64,000 nt of DNA, taken from Felis catus. Lineage: Eukaryota. The stretch is from contig NC_058368.1 in the NCBI RefSeq assembly GCF_018350175.1, positions 48,486,001-48,550,000 of the forward strand, read 5' to 3'. Below the pieces are notes generated by a model, which worked only from the letters and a program-made list of their open reading frames with translations, did no database searches and was not told where the DNA came from. Within the stretch, counting starts at the first letter, position 1. Every line of letters begins with the position of its first letter. The position numbers and the translations under genes were made by a program. Below are positions 11,384 through 24,374 of this stretch, one piece after another.

Positions 11384-13272
11384 CACCAAGACTCCTAGAA
11401 CTGATACATGAATTCAGCAAAGTCGCAGGATACAAAATCAATGTACAGAAATTGGTTGCATTTTTACACACCAATAATGAAGCAACAGAAAGAGAAATAA
11501 TGAATCTGATCTCATTTACAGTTGTACCAACAACCATAAAATACCTAGGAATAAACCTAACCAAAGAGGTAAAAGACATGTCTGCTGAAAACTACAGAAA
11601 GCTTATGAAGGAAACTGAAGAAGACCCAAAGAAATGGAAAAACATTCCATGCTGATGGATTGGAAGAATAAATATTGTCAAAATGTCAATACTACCCAAA
11701 AGTATCTACACATTCAAGGCAATCCCAGTCAGAACTGCACCAGCATTCTTCTCAAAGCTAGAACAAACAATCCTAAAATTTGTATGGAACCACAAAAGAT
11801 CCCAAACAGCCAAAGTAATATTGAAGAAGAAAACCAAAGCGGGAGGCATCACAATTCCAGACTTTAGCCTCTACTACAAAGCTGTAGTCATCAAGACAGC
11901 ATGGTATTTGGCACAAAAAAAGACACACAGACCAATGGAATAGAACAGAGAACCCAGAATTGGACCCATAAATGAATGGCCAACTAATCTTTGACAAAGC
12001 AGGAAAGAGTATCCAATGGAAAAAGACAGTGTCTTTAGGAAATGGTGCTGGGAGAACTGGACAGCAACATGCAGAAGAATGAAACTAGACCACTTTATTA
12101 CACCATACACCATCCATTTTGGATGAAAGACCTAAATGTGAGATGAAACCATCAAAACCCTAGAGGAGAAAGCAGGCAACAACCTCTTTGACCTCAGCCA
12201 CAGTAATTTCTTACTCAACACATCTCCAAAGGCAAGGGAGTTAAAAGGAAAAATGAACTATCGGGGCCTCAAGATAAAAACTTCTGCACTGCAAAGGAAA
12301 CAATCAACAAAACTAAAAGGCAACTGATGGAATGGGAAAAGATATTTGTAAATGACATACCAGATAAAGGGCTAGTATCCAAAATCTATAAAGAACTCAC
12401 CAAACTCCACACCCAAAAAACAAAGAATCCACAGAAAAAATGGGCAGGAGACATGAATAGACACTTTTCCAAAAAAGACATCCAGAGGGCCAACAGACAC
12501 ATGAAAAGATGTTCAATGTCACTCATCATCAGGGAAATACAAATCAAAGCCACACTGAAATACCACCTCACGCTGGTCAGAGTGGCTAAAATGAACAAAT
12601 AAGGAAACTACAGATGCTGGCGAGGAAGTAGAGAAATGGGAATCTTCTTGCACTGTTGGTGGGAATGCAAGCTGGTGCAGCTGCTCTGGAAAATAGTATG
12701 GAGGTTCCTCAAAAAATTAAAGAAAGGATTACCTTACAACCCAGCAATAGCACTACTAGGAATTTACCCAAGGGATATAGGAGTGCAGATGCATGGGGGC
12801 ACATGTACCCCAAAGTTTATAGTAGTGCTTTCAACAATAGCCAAATTATGGAAAGAGCCTAAATGTCCACCAACTGATGAATGGATAAGGAAGATGGGGT
12901 TTATATATACAATGGAATACTACTTGGCAATGAGAAAGAATGAAATCATGCCATTTGCAGCAATGTGGATGGAACTGGAGGGTATCATGCTAAGTGAAAT
13001 AAGTCAGTCAGAGAAGGACAGATATCATGTTTTCACTCATATATGGATCTTGAGAAACTTAACGAAGTCCACAGGGGAAGGTAAGGGTTAAAAATAGTTA
13101 CAAACAGAGAGGGAGGAAGGCAAACCACAAGAGACTCTTAAATACAAAGAACAAACTGAGGGTGGATGGGGGTGGGGAATGGGTGATGGGCACTGAGGAA
13201 GGCACTTGTTGGGATGAGCACTGGGTGTTGTATGGAAACCCATTTGACAATAAATTATATTACCAATAAAAA
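11384..13272 (+). mobile_element. 5'-truncated carnivore LINE-1 (3' part of ORF2, 3' UTR, poly-A), disrupted
   Basis: ORF fragments match L1 ORF2 ([68 protein letters not shown]) but are split by stops and frameshifts. G-rich 3' UTR present. TSD AAGAATTTCTC at 11373-11383 and 13273-13283. Confidence 0.96.
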
Positions 13273-13997
13273 AAGAATTTCTCTAAATCTAGGCTCTCTT
13301 TTTCAGAATTAGCAATTCTTGTCACATTTTGTTCTTTACCCTAAAACCCTAAAACTCTAAAACTCTTTTTTGTTCATGGAGATTCATGAAGTCCATAAAT
13401 ATGGACCCTGAATGATGGACTCACATTTTCTCCTGCTGTAATACAATGGCTAGCGGTTGGTTCTCCCCAAGGGAATGACACTGACTGGAATATTTGTAAA
13501 AGTGAAGACTTCTACTTTATTTTATCTATGGTTTATCAGGTTAAAATTTCTAAGCTGATAATACAAAAAGTACTTCTCCTGGGCACAGGCTTGTGTCATA
13601 TTTCATATCTAATCTCAAAATGCACCAGCCCTGTGAGACTAATAGATACTTTTAGATCTGGCATGTCTGTCGGTGACACGGGGTAGAAAAGTTGATGTAT
13701 ACTCATACTTGAGCTCCCAATGTGTTTCCCAGGGCAAAATCATCCTAAAATTTCTAAGCCATGGTGAAAGGAGAGAATATCAAACTTGCAGGATACTGAA
13801 AACATTTAGTAATGTTTTCCCCCCATTTTTATGGGGGGGGGGGGAAACTGCCTCAAATGAAAGTTGACTTTGCTAACCCAAGCACATTCCAATAAGAGCA
13901 GTGGCCCCTTATTCTTATTTTACGGGAGCAAACACTTTTGGGAATGAACTGAGCTTTCCAAGCAAAAGCTATCTTTGAAGGCCAGAGGTCTGCTGGT

Positions 13998-14935
13998 ATC
14001 TCAAATGCCTATGTGACATCTCCATATTTAGTACTCTTGGGTACTTCCAATCCCACTCAGGTATAAAACTAAAACCATCAACTTCTTCACCCTAATCAGG
14101 TCTTCCTCACTCCAGAGTCTTCTATCCCAGTATAGACTAATATCAAACTACCTGGCATCTCAGGGCAGAAATTTGTGCCTCATTCTTGACTCCTCCCTCT
14201 CCTTCAACAACCCCCCCCATGCTGTTGGTTTTCAAATGCTGACTACGTCACACCCCAAATTGCTCTCTACTTCGTCTACTTCAATTCACCCAGCTAAAAT
14301 AGCCTATCCCAAGCCACCATCATATCCCACATGGATCATGCACAAGCTGTTCACCTAACAGCTGGGCAGGGTGCCTCTGGCTGGCGACTTCCTGAGCAAC
14401 TCCATAAAGCAGGACATCTGGTGGTAGCATGACGTTTGCCCTCTTCAGTCTCGAATCTCACAACATACCGCCAGTCATGGCACAGTACAAATCTCGCGAT
14501 GCCATGCCTCTTCTTCAAGTGTTTCATTTGGTCTCCAAATCTCGTAGGATAATTTTCAACCTCTTCTCATGATCTGGTTTCTTTTATTTCTCTAGAATTA
14601 TATTACACCACTCCTATCAGCTCCTACTTGCCCTATAAACTCTGAATACTCTGGCCCTTCAAGATTCCATGTTCCCTCTTCATTCTGGGCCCTTGTAAAG
14701 GTGGTGGTCCCTGCCAGGGGACACTGTTCTCCTCTGTTCCTGCCACCTGCCTAACTCCTGTTCCTCCTCTAGTCATCTACTTAAATTTCACTTCCACCAA
14801 GAGAAAGAACTTCACCTCCGAAATCTGGGTTAAGCAGCTCTCCCTAATGTATGTTTCCTATTAAAGTGCTTTCCTTCATCTTACTAAAAATCTCATTCCT
14901 CTTTTATATGATCCGCGCTTGGCATGCAATGAATT
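13998..14935 (+). mobile_element. Ancient LINE-2 fragment(s)
   Basis: tgcctatgtgacatctcca...aaaactaaaaccatc, cattcttgactcctccctctcc and cctaactcctgttcctcc are L2-like motifs. Boundaries are approximate. Confidence 0.6.
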
Positions 14936-15609
14936 CTTAAAAGATGTCCAAAGAGTAGTAAATTAACCTATGTTAAAAAGTGGTCATCAGATTAATAGTT
15001 TTTAGATACAAATAACAGCAATACATATTTTTCTCTCCCTCCCTCCCCCCCTTTTTAAAAGAACTTTATTCTAGGATATCTGTAGGATGTTTTCTATTGT
15101 ACTTGATTTCTCCACTAAACCCAAGCTGAAGACAAAGAAAGATAAACCACTTCCTATTTAAACAGAGTCATAAATATCTAGTGCCAGACAATTCCCTCTG
15201 GGCTTTTTTAAATGTGGCTGAAAAAGCGCTGCTACTCATAACCATAATCTGGGTCTGGCCCACTTCTTAAGTTCTTAAGAAAAAAATTAGGAGAAAAAGG
15301 AGAGAATCATGGAGTCATTTGTCCTCTGCCTAGGCTGTCAGGGTAGGGAAAGGAGAAGGACCAATTGAACCAGAGGTAAAAGGGATGGACAGAAACAGAA
15401 TCTATTGTAAATATGACAACCCTTTCAAGAAAGGGAAATTTTATATCTCAGACCTTGGCCAGACATATACTTAGGTGATCCACTTACTGATTATTCTCCT
15501 ACCTATCCAAAAAATGGGAAAAACAGAAATGAGAAACCAACAGGTAGAGAAGGGGGAGGCATGAGCACACAGCCTACCCTCCTACTTTTGGGCATTACAA
15601 TATGTGACA

Positions 15610-16240
15610 GTCCTGTGAATTAAGGGACGCTGCAGAAGGAAGTCAGACTAGCACCTCAAAATAGCTACCCAGCCATGCAGGACAACTGCGGCAGGAAGCA
15701 GCCATGAGGTATGCTTCTGATGGCAGCTGTCAAGGGAGGTGGGGTAGAAAACGTCATGCTAGCACCAGATGTCCCACTTTACGGAGTTGCTCAGGAAGTC
15801 GACAGCCAGCGGCACCCTGCCCAGAGAGGGTGCTGGAGCGATGCGCCATTGGCAGACTGAAAGGAAACATGGCTGCCCTGCTTTGGAAGGTTCTCTGAGA
15901 AGGTGCCATAAAAGTGATCATCGTCTTTATCGAGAACTCCATGTCAAATGAGGCCACCAGCAGTAAAGAACAAGACCGAGCCAGGTCAAACTGGAGCACC
16001 TCTCATTATTGCCTCTTTCCTCCTACCCCCCATTCCCACCTATTAGAAGAAGGAAATGAAAATGCCCTAGAGGCCCACACTGCCTCCCTCCCTCACCCTG
16101 AGATATATTCCAAGGTGACAAATGAGAAGGAAGTAAAAACACAGAATTTACTTCCCTCCTCTGAGCCATTTGCAAAAGAAAAGCTTAAAGTTGGAGAGGA
16201 GGCAGCAGCATGACACTGAAGTCCAGATTTTTCTCATAAA
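15610..16240. mobile_element. Possible ancient LTR relic (Gypsy/ERV-like), family unassigned
   Basis: A GC-richer, purine-skewed block that ends in LTR-like text (aaagcttaaagttggagaggagg). Pattern impression only. Confidence 0.25.
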
Positions 16241-18649
16241 ATGACTAAAATTCACTAATAAGTTACAGAAAACATTCAAAATGAGATATCAATTTGGGAT
16301 ATCTCAAATATATCAAAATGAGATATCAATTTGGGAGTGAGAGCCCAGGAGACTCAGGAAACATGTAAATTTCATGTTAATACTTTACCAAATTCAGATT
16401 GTTCAGTAATGGTTAGAGATCTGTCATTGTAAGGGGTTGAGCACACACGTGAAAGTAAACCACCCAACAGAGACAACGATTTGCTAGACCTCCACATATC
16501 AAAGACAAAATTTATTTAAGCTATTCCTTAATCCTCAGACAAATCCTTTTGTTTCTAATCACCTCTCTTTCCAGTAAGTTTTATTAATTGCTGGTCACAA
16601 CAATCAAAACAGATGCCTACAAAACATGAGAACACCTCCTAAATCTTTTAACAGATTTTTTCCAAAATATTACATTATAGAATAATTTTAAACTTCAGGG
16701 AAAATCATTCAGGGTTTTATATCTTAATAAGGCAATTACATTGTATGCAAAAAAGGCCTTCTGCAACTATATTATTACTCATGAAAAAAATCTCAGGAAG
16801 TACACAGATTAATGATGCTGAAACTACCATAGTTTCTGACTTCTAAGAAAAAGTAATCATACATAAGCAAGAAATTGAGTTTTGCAACAATATAACTGAA
16901 ATCTCATTCTTGAAAAAAAAAGTAAAGACAATTCAATTGTGAGGCCAAATTAGTCTAATTTCTACACTTTCTTCCTTTAGCAAGGACACTATATTGGCTT
17001 ACTAGATGTACCGCTCATGACTATAAACTCAGGCATACAAAACACTCCACACACGTCCTAATCAGAGTAAGATTTTTGTTGGCCCATCTGCCTTAAATTT
17101 TATGCCAAGAACCAAGAAAAATCTTGGAAGTTCTAAGTCCTGGTTGTAAAAACAGAAGATAAATTTTGAATCATAGACTGTTAGCCCTGGAAAAACACTC
17201 CAATGACAACTTGATTAATTCAAAGCCTGTTGTGATTGAAGTCTCTTTTCCTCTACAAGGAATAATGGATTTCTCTGAACAGTAGAACTACGTACACACA
17301 AAAATCGTTTAACATAGACTGATCACTCTTAATTGTGTTTTTGTGTTGCTGTTTATGTTGTCTGCCCGCAAACTTCATCCACATTCGGCAAACATCCTAT
17401 AATTAGCTATGGCTTCACCTACAGAGACAAGTAGCACAGTGATCTCAGGTTCTTAATATTCCTTTGGAATTTTTTTCAAAGCTGTGCTAAACAAATCAGT
17501 CAGAAAGCTTCAGTCAAGCGGTCCACCCACGTTCAACAACCTTTTCTCTACCTAATGATAATTACAGTCTGTAGAACAGGCAGCCTCTAATAAAGGACAG
17601 CAACTTTAGAAGACAGATATCTGTAGGGGCTTTTCTGTTGCCATAGAAATATCTTCAGGCCACCTTGTCCTCAGTATGAAACATTACCTTCACATTAACC
17701 TGCTATTAGGGGTGTGCGTGTGTGTGTGGCGCTGGGGTATGTATTAGCCCAAATTATAGGATAACTCACCCGGTCCTGATGGTTATAAATGATATGTGGT
17801 GCTCAGTTCTAAAACATTCCCCAAAATGGAGAACACAAATCTTCTCAGTGACAGCAGCCCCTGACTAATGGGTTCTTGTTCCCTTGGCTCAATTGAAAAC
17901 TTCCATAACGTAGCAAAGCAATAAGGATCAGCAAAGAATTCTCCATACCCCCTTCTTCATTGTAAGCTCAAGGGTGAGGAGGGGCTTCCTCAAGTGAAGG
18001 TACTGGCTACACCTGTAAAACAGGGAACTAAATCTCATCCTGTAAAGCCAAACATGAAAAACCTTTTAAGAATCATTAATTGGGGGTGGGGAGACTGGAA
18101 TATTGTTTTATAATTATTTTAAAGGTTGTTTTTAAAAGAATCAAATGAACCTCTCCGAGGCATACTAATGGCTAAAAGATACAATTTCATTTTACGTATC
18201 TGTAAATACTTTCAGTGGAAATGTATGGGATACCTTTTGGAACCACGAATACAAAATAGAACTGAGTGATCTACAATGCTTATTTTAATGTGTATATTTT
18301 TAAGGCCACTTGAACACAAAATTCTAATGAAATATAAAGGATAATTTAAAAAGCAAAATAACAAAAATATAATTACTTGGGAGTTTTATGATCCCCAAAT
18401 GCAGACGGTAGGTCAGGGAGAAGGTAAGGAGGGAAGGAATGGAAAAGAGCATTAGAAGGGTAAGAGATTCAAAAACAGTGGGGTGGGGGGGGGCGTGTAA
18501 AGTTTTAATGCCAGAACTACTTGGAGATAGGCATTGTGTTTCTTAGTTTAAACAGCTAAGCTGTTTAATTCAAGATTCTCAGGCATTACAACAGGCCCAT
18601 TGACATACGTTCTCTCAATCATTTCTAAAATACTACCATGGGAGGAGGT

Positions 18650-18790
18650 GGAAGTGAAGTATCTTTCCATTTTTACAGAAGCAGATACGAAAGCTCAGGA
18701 AGATTAAGTGACTTGCCCAAGTTCACAGACGTGAACACAGGGCTGCCAAGAAGCAAAATAATTCTAACTCTCTAGTCTGTGCTCTCTCCA
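18650..18790 (-). mobile_element. MIR SINE
   Basis: Core motif ccatttttacagaagcagatacgaaagctcaggaagattaagtgacttgcccaagttcaca. Confidence 0.8.
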
Positions 18791-21231
18791 GGACTTCATT
18801 ATGGTATTACTTTAGGTGTTACTTTATTTAGCATAATACCCACACATGTCATTCTAAAATGTTCTTCACACAGTGAGGAAACTTTCTCAGCACACCGTAA
18901 TGATTCACTGTTCAATCAAAAATATTAAAGATTCTTTCTATCCTCTTAATGTTATTCTCACAGATAATTCCTGTGTAAGTACTAAAGATCCAACCCATCA
19001 ATACAGCCCTAAGTTACTTTCAGGGAGATGATGATATTACTAGGATTGGCGAAAGTCTTACACAAAAAGAAACCTAAAAATAAGTGCACTGCAGCAATAT
19101 GACCCTGACTTTGGTTTAGGTTTTTGTTTTTTAATGTCATTTCTTTTGGAAAACCACAAAGTCATCCATCTGTACAGTTTCCATTAGTTTATCCCTAATA
19201 GGATACAGCTGCTTTCTTCAGATCAGCTCTTCTGCATGTGCCACTATAAAACGATCTTACTAATTTCTTCAACAAAAAAGTTGGCCCACAAATCAAGACC
19301 TTATACTTTTTATCTGTACTAACAAGAGTTTTTATGTAACATGATCTAAAAGAAGATAGTCTCTCACTTGGCCAATGTCTAATTGCTACATTAATTTTTA
19401 AAGCAATACCATTTTTTAAAAAGAGATGCTGTCTGTGTGTGGCATTTGAGTGTGCCAGAACATGCTGAGAGAGTGATGAAGTGATCTTCACATCAAGAGA
19501 TGGGCAATAAACACTAAAATTAACCACAGAGTCTAGAGTCGTATTAATTATGGCATTCCACAAATACATGATAAGTCTCTAAGTAGAGCAGTACAAAGAA
19601 AATAAAAGGGAATGATAAATTTGACATGATATTTGAAAGTACACTGAAAGGATAAAAATCTGGCCATGTTTCTAGCATATTCATGTTATTATGAAGAATA
19701 ATAGGGTTTGTATCGAAAGTGAAATTCAAGAATAGGACTGTGTAATTATTTAAGTTTCAAGTTCCTATCCACATTTCAAGTCTTACAACTCTCCAATACG
19801 TAGGTCAACTGGATTTCAACAATTGGGTATGTGAAAAAGCTAATGCCCCAGAAGTTTCAAAATTTTCCCACTGCTCTTGGACTCAGTATATAACAAAGTC
19901 AAGCTAAAGATATACTAGAGAATATAAGGGAGTGGTCTACATTAAGGAAGACCACAACCAGGAATTTTCTAATGACAATTACAATACATGCAATCAATAA
20001 TTTTCAAGCAAACCTCTGGACAGCAGTTATGGACAAAGACAAAGCTAGAAATGCAGCCTCAATAGATCAGAAATAAACAAAATAAGCTCAACCTTGGACT
20101 TTGGGGGAAAAATGCTAGTCATAAAGGTTCTACACATTAATTATAGCTATTAAGGATCATTAATAAAACCCACTACCTTACACTTCCTCCTAGCACAAAT
20201 GCCACAAATTTGTTTTCTGGGATGTACAAGTTAATTTATGTAACCATCATTTCCTCCAAATGTCTAAAGCACCCTGTTTCTTTGGATTTTTCGATATACA
20301 GTATAGGAAATGCAGGGATTTTTTTGGAGAGGACAGAATAAGGCACTATTTAACTTTATCAACCTCACTAACTGAAGGAAAGGTAGTTTCTCATTTGTAT
20401 TTTTAATCATTCACTCAGTTTAATTTTCATTCTATGAGCTCCCTGTGAATTCTGGGTCCAAAGAGGACAAATGGCATAAGGTCAAAAATTCTAACTATCT
20501 CTAAGAAAATTCTGTCACTTCATTTCAGAGATGATCTTAAAAATTACTTTAACTATAATCTGGATTACTTTATTACAGGGTTGTCCTGTGATTTAGAGTT
20601 GTACCTGGTGTTTACCATTATACTAGCAACACGTTAAGATACAATTTTCACGTCCAGGGCCTAATTCAGTGGGAAAGGAATGGAAGCAAACTGAAGAGTG
20701 ATGTCTATGGACCAAGCATAGGCCAAATGACAGCCATAATGGTTGTCATAATGATGGTTTCCACTAGTTCAAATTGAGGAGCGTTAACAGGAATACACAG
20801 AATTCAGTAGCCCGGGATTGTCAGACTCAAAACAAACTGTGCTTTAGCAGTCAGGAGCCATTCTTGTTCACAGCGATTTACATTCAGCAAAAAATCATCA
20901 TCTATCACAGAAGTGACATTAATTTGAATTTCACAGAGTTCTGAAATGTTGATCTTATTTAATTTGCCTATCTGTTTTATTTATATGGTGATACAAGACC
21001 TATTACATAAAGGTTTTACACCTGTTTTTAATACATACTTATGTAATGCAATATTATGAACAAAAATATCACAATTTGAGAGACATTGAAGGGTTTTTTT
21101 TTTCCTCCCTTCAAAAGGAATCCAATCATTACTCACATTTAACCTGGAGTTTTCCATCGTTCCGTTATTGAGTCACTTCTGAATTCCAAATTATTATTTT
21201 ACTGTCCAAGTAAAAGGCTTTGGGTTTCTAT

Positions 21232-21273
21232 TTGGTTGGTTGGTTGGTTGGTTGGTTGGTTGGTTGGTTGGTT
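21232..21273. repeat. (TTGG)10 microsatellite
   Basis: Directly visible in the sequence. Confidence 0.97.
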
Positions 21274-22098
21274 TTGTTTTTTCACCTAGCTGAAATCTGA
21301 GGCAGTCCTAAGCTTTTTAAAATTTTCATGAGGCTCTGCTGAAATATCTTTCCATCATGGTAAACTGTTCCATTGCTAAATTAGTAACCTGGGCAGGTAA
21401 CAGTACAATAGCTTCAGAAATACATAGTGCGGAGTAAAACCAAACTATCTGTGCCCAAGTCCAAGAATTTCTACAAGTATTAGTTCTTGTACTCTTGCCA
21501 TTGTTAATTTCTGTTTAAAAGAAACTTCTAATTCCAGGTATTTAATTCACAATTAATTTAGTTGCTGAACTTACACTGTATTGTCCCCTTTTCACTGAAT
21601 CATTGCAATACATACAGAAAACAGAGAACATGCTGAAACCCTCCACTGAAAGTAGTATCTTAAACTCTGGATAGGTAACGAAACAAACTTTGGGGTTGTG
21701 TAATATATTTTTCTTCGGACTAAACACCAGAAAAAAATTTTAATGTTTATAAAGATGCATACTCCTCATGAAATTTTCATTTCCATATGCTGCCACTACC
21801 CCCCTGAACTTGATTTATCCAAAGTGAAGCATCTCTTTTCCCCACAATTATTTCGTCTCAACTTCCTAGGTTCTCTTAATTCAGTTGCTCTAGTCATAAG
21901 ATCCAGAATGAAAGTCACTGTTTCAGTTTTTTTCTTTTACCATCATATCAGATCATTTATTTATCACATTGGAATTTGATTTAAAATGTGTACTAACTGC
22001 ATTTTCATCATTATACCGTTAATTCAAGTGACCCTACTACACTATGACAACCCAACCCTTAGCTGCTGTCACCAACTCCAGTTTTTAGTCCCAAAATG

Positions 22099-22099
<1 letters not shown>

Positions 22100-22137
<38 letters not shown>
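22100..22137. repeat. (CA)19 microsatellite
   Basis: Directly visible in the sequence. Confidence 0.97.
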
Positions 22138-22139
<2 letters not shown>

Positions 22140-22769
22140 TTTTCTTGACAAATACTGCCATTTTCATATTTTTCTTTATCCTACCTGGGATACTTTGTAT
22201 AACCTGAATCTTTAAGTTCAGGTGGTTAGCCAGCTCTACAAATTCTCAGCCAACATGATTCTCCCTTATTATCTCTGTTCTCTCCCTTTCGCAAAGTCTG
22301 AAAACATGTACATTCAATCACCCAATGTTTTCTATTCCCATTTCTTTTCCTCTCTGTATTGCCTTCTAGGTAATTTTTACAAATATTCTTCCATTCACCA
22401 ATTCCCTCTTTAGCTACAACTTATCTGCTTCTTAACCTCTCCATTCTGTATTTTATTTCAACAGTGTTTTCCATTCTTAGAGATTTTATTTGGTATTTCC
22501 CAGATCTTCAAGGAATTTTTAAAGCATAAAGATCTTTATAGGTCACCTATTTCAATCCTAAAATTAAAAACCATCAAGACCCAGAAGAACGTGCTGAAGG
22601 ACATCCGGGTGCTGGATGGCAAAGACCTGCTTCCCCACCACAAATCCAAGGCTCTTCTTCATTTACACTTGGCTGGCCATTCAATGCCTCTTTCTCCCCT
22701 GTGAACAGGAGTTCTGCAAAGGCTTCCCCAAAGAAAGCAAGCCAAAATGATGACAACGACCCACGGTAT

Positions 22770-23300
22770 CTGGCCCCTCCCTTTCTCCTAGCAACCATCA
22801 ACCTCTCTGGTCACATCCCTTCCCATACCTCTCTCACTATGGCTTTTCTACCTCAGACACAATGACCTCTTCACTGTACCTCTCTACTGTTTTGTGTTTA
22901 CTTCAACACAAAAACACACTCCTTCAGACCTTTGTACTAGCTACCCACGTGCCTGGACTGATGTCATCTAGATATCTGCTTGGCTGACTCCACCACCTCT
23001 TTCCACATCTTTCAGGTCTTAGAGCCATTATCTCCCTGCTAGAAAGGCCTATGCATCTTATTACAAATCATCCCCCCTGATCAGTCTTCAGTTACCTTCA
23101 ATGTTTTCATTTTTCTCTGTAGCACTCACCACCTGATACACATTTAGCTGTTGACATCTACACTGTCTGCCTCACTCCCCAAGAATTGAATTCATGACGG
23201 ACTGTTTACTTCATTGTTTTATCCTCACTCCCTAAAACAATGTTTGGGACATAGTAGAAGCATAATAAAATATTCACTGGAGGAACAAATGAATGAATGG
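22770..23300 (+). mobile_element. LINE-2 3' end
   Basis: gacctttgtactagct...cctaaaacaatgtttgggacatagtagaagcataataaaatattc...aatgaatgaatg, including the L2 terminal repeat. Confidence 0.75.
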
Positions 23301-23599
23301 CAACACAGGTGCAGTAGTCTGTGCTAGCACTGTGGCCAGGACCACAGAGTGAGATCACACAAAGCTTACTTCTACACAGCTCACGGTGCAAGGGAAAATG
23401 GACCAATCGTAAGCCCTTGATCAGCAGACCCAGGACTTACATGTGAGATCTTTCATGGAATTACAAAGTATTCAGAGATAAACTTAAAAGATCACCTTCA
23501 AACTTTCCAGACCAAAGAATCTCAAGTAAAATTTGTACAAAGTGTTCATCTAGACTCTGTTCTGAACACAATGAAAGAGCATAAAGCACCTGTCAGAAA

Positions 23600-23945
23600 G
23601 GGGATCTTGTTGTTCAAGCAATTCTACTTGTTACCAGGTTTTTGCTTCCTCATAGTTGCCAAACTCAACTTCCTATAACTTCCAAAGTTCATACTTATAC
23701 TACCTTCCGAACTACGCAGAAAATAGATGTACAATAATCTTTCAAAAATATGAAAATCTGTTGAACCTTCTCATATGTCTGTTTCTCTGTGAGCTAAACA
23801 TTCTGTTACCTCAATTATGTTTATATGGGATGATTTTCAAATCCCTTACCATCCTGGCCACTTGTAGTATCTGAAGAGATTCCAATTTCTCAAAGTAAAG
23901 TGGACTGCTCTAACAGGACAGATGCAGCATTTCCAGCACAAGGTA
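23600..23945 (-). mobile_element. Ancient CR1/L3 LINE fragment
   Basis: gctaaacattctgttacctcaatt...tgattttcaaatcccttaccatcctggccac resembles antisense L3/CR1. Confidence 0.5.
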
Positions 23946-24161
23946 AAGAATTTTTGAGTTGTGATATCCAGCCCGGCACTCATCATCAATCTGCATGCAG
24001 TGAGCATCCGTTATGTCTCACACAGAACTGACTTCTGTCCAAAAAAAAAAAAAAAAAAAAACCCAACAAAAAAAGAAAAAACTTGAATACTGATGTTAAT
24101 CCATACATCCACTTGAGGTTACTCTCACTCAGACTCCATTTTCCTATCTTAAAATGAGTTA

Positions 24162-24374
24162 GGGGCACTTGGGTGGCTTAGTCAGTTGGGCACCCAACTC
24201 TTCATTTCAGCTCAGGTCATGATCCCAAGGTCATTGGATCTAGCCCCATGTCTGGTTCTGTGCTGAGCATGGAGCCTGCTTGAGATTCTCTCTCTCTCCC
24301 TCTGCCCCCTCCCCCACTCATGTGCTTGTGTTCTCTCTCTCTCTCTCAATAAAATAAAATAAAATAAATTTTAA
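24162..24374 (+). mobile_element. CAN-SINE (older subfamily), 11-bp TSD
   Basis: TSD AAAATGAGTTA at 24151-24161 and 24375-24385. Confidence 0.94.

Noticed and set aside
11452..13091. Reverse-transcriptase-related ORFs as a functional gene
   Set aside because: They are fragments of a 5'-truncated L1 ORF2 with stops and frameshifts.
13339..13366. Telomere-like (CCCTAAAA/CTCTAAAA) 8-mer repeat
   Set aside because: Only about 3.5 imperfect units and not vertebrate TTAGGG. Ordinary slippage explains it.
19195..19569. 124-aa minus-strand ORF
   Set aside because: It has no recognisable homology and does not match KLF12 downstream sequence (SPNVHNYP...). Its length is compatible with chance.
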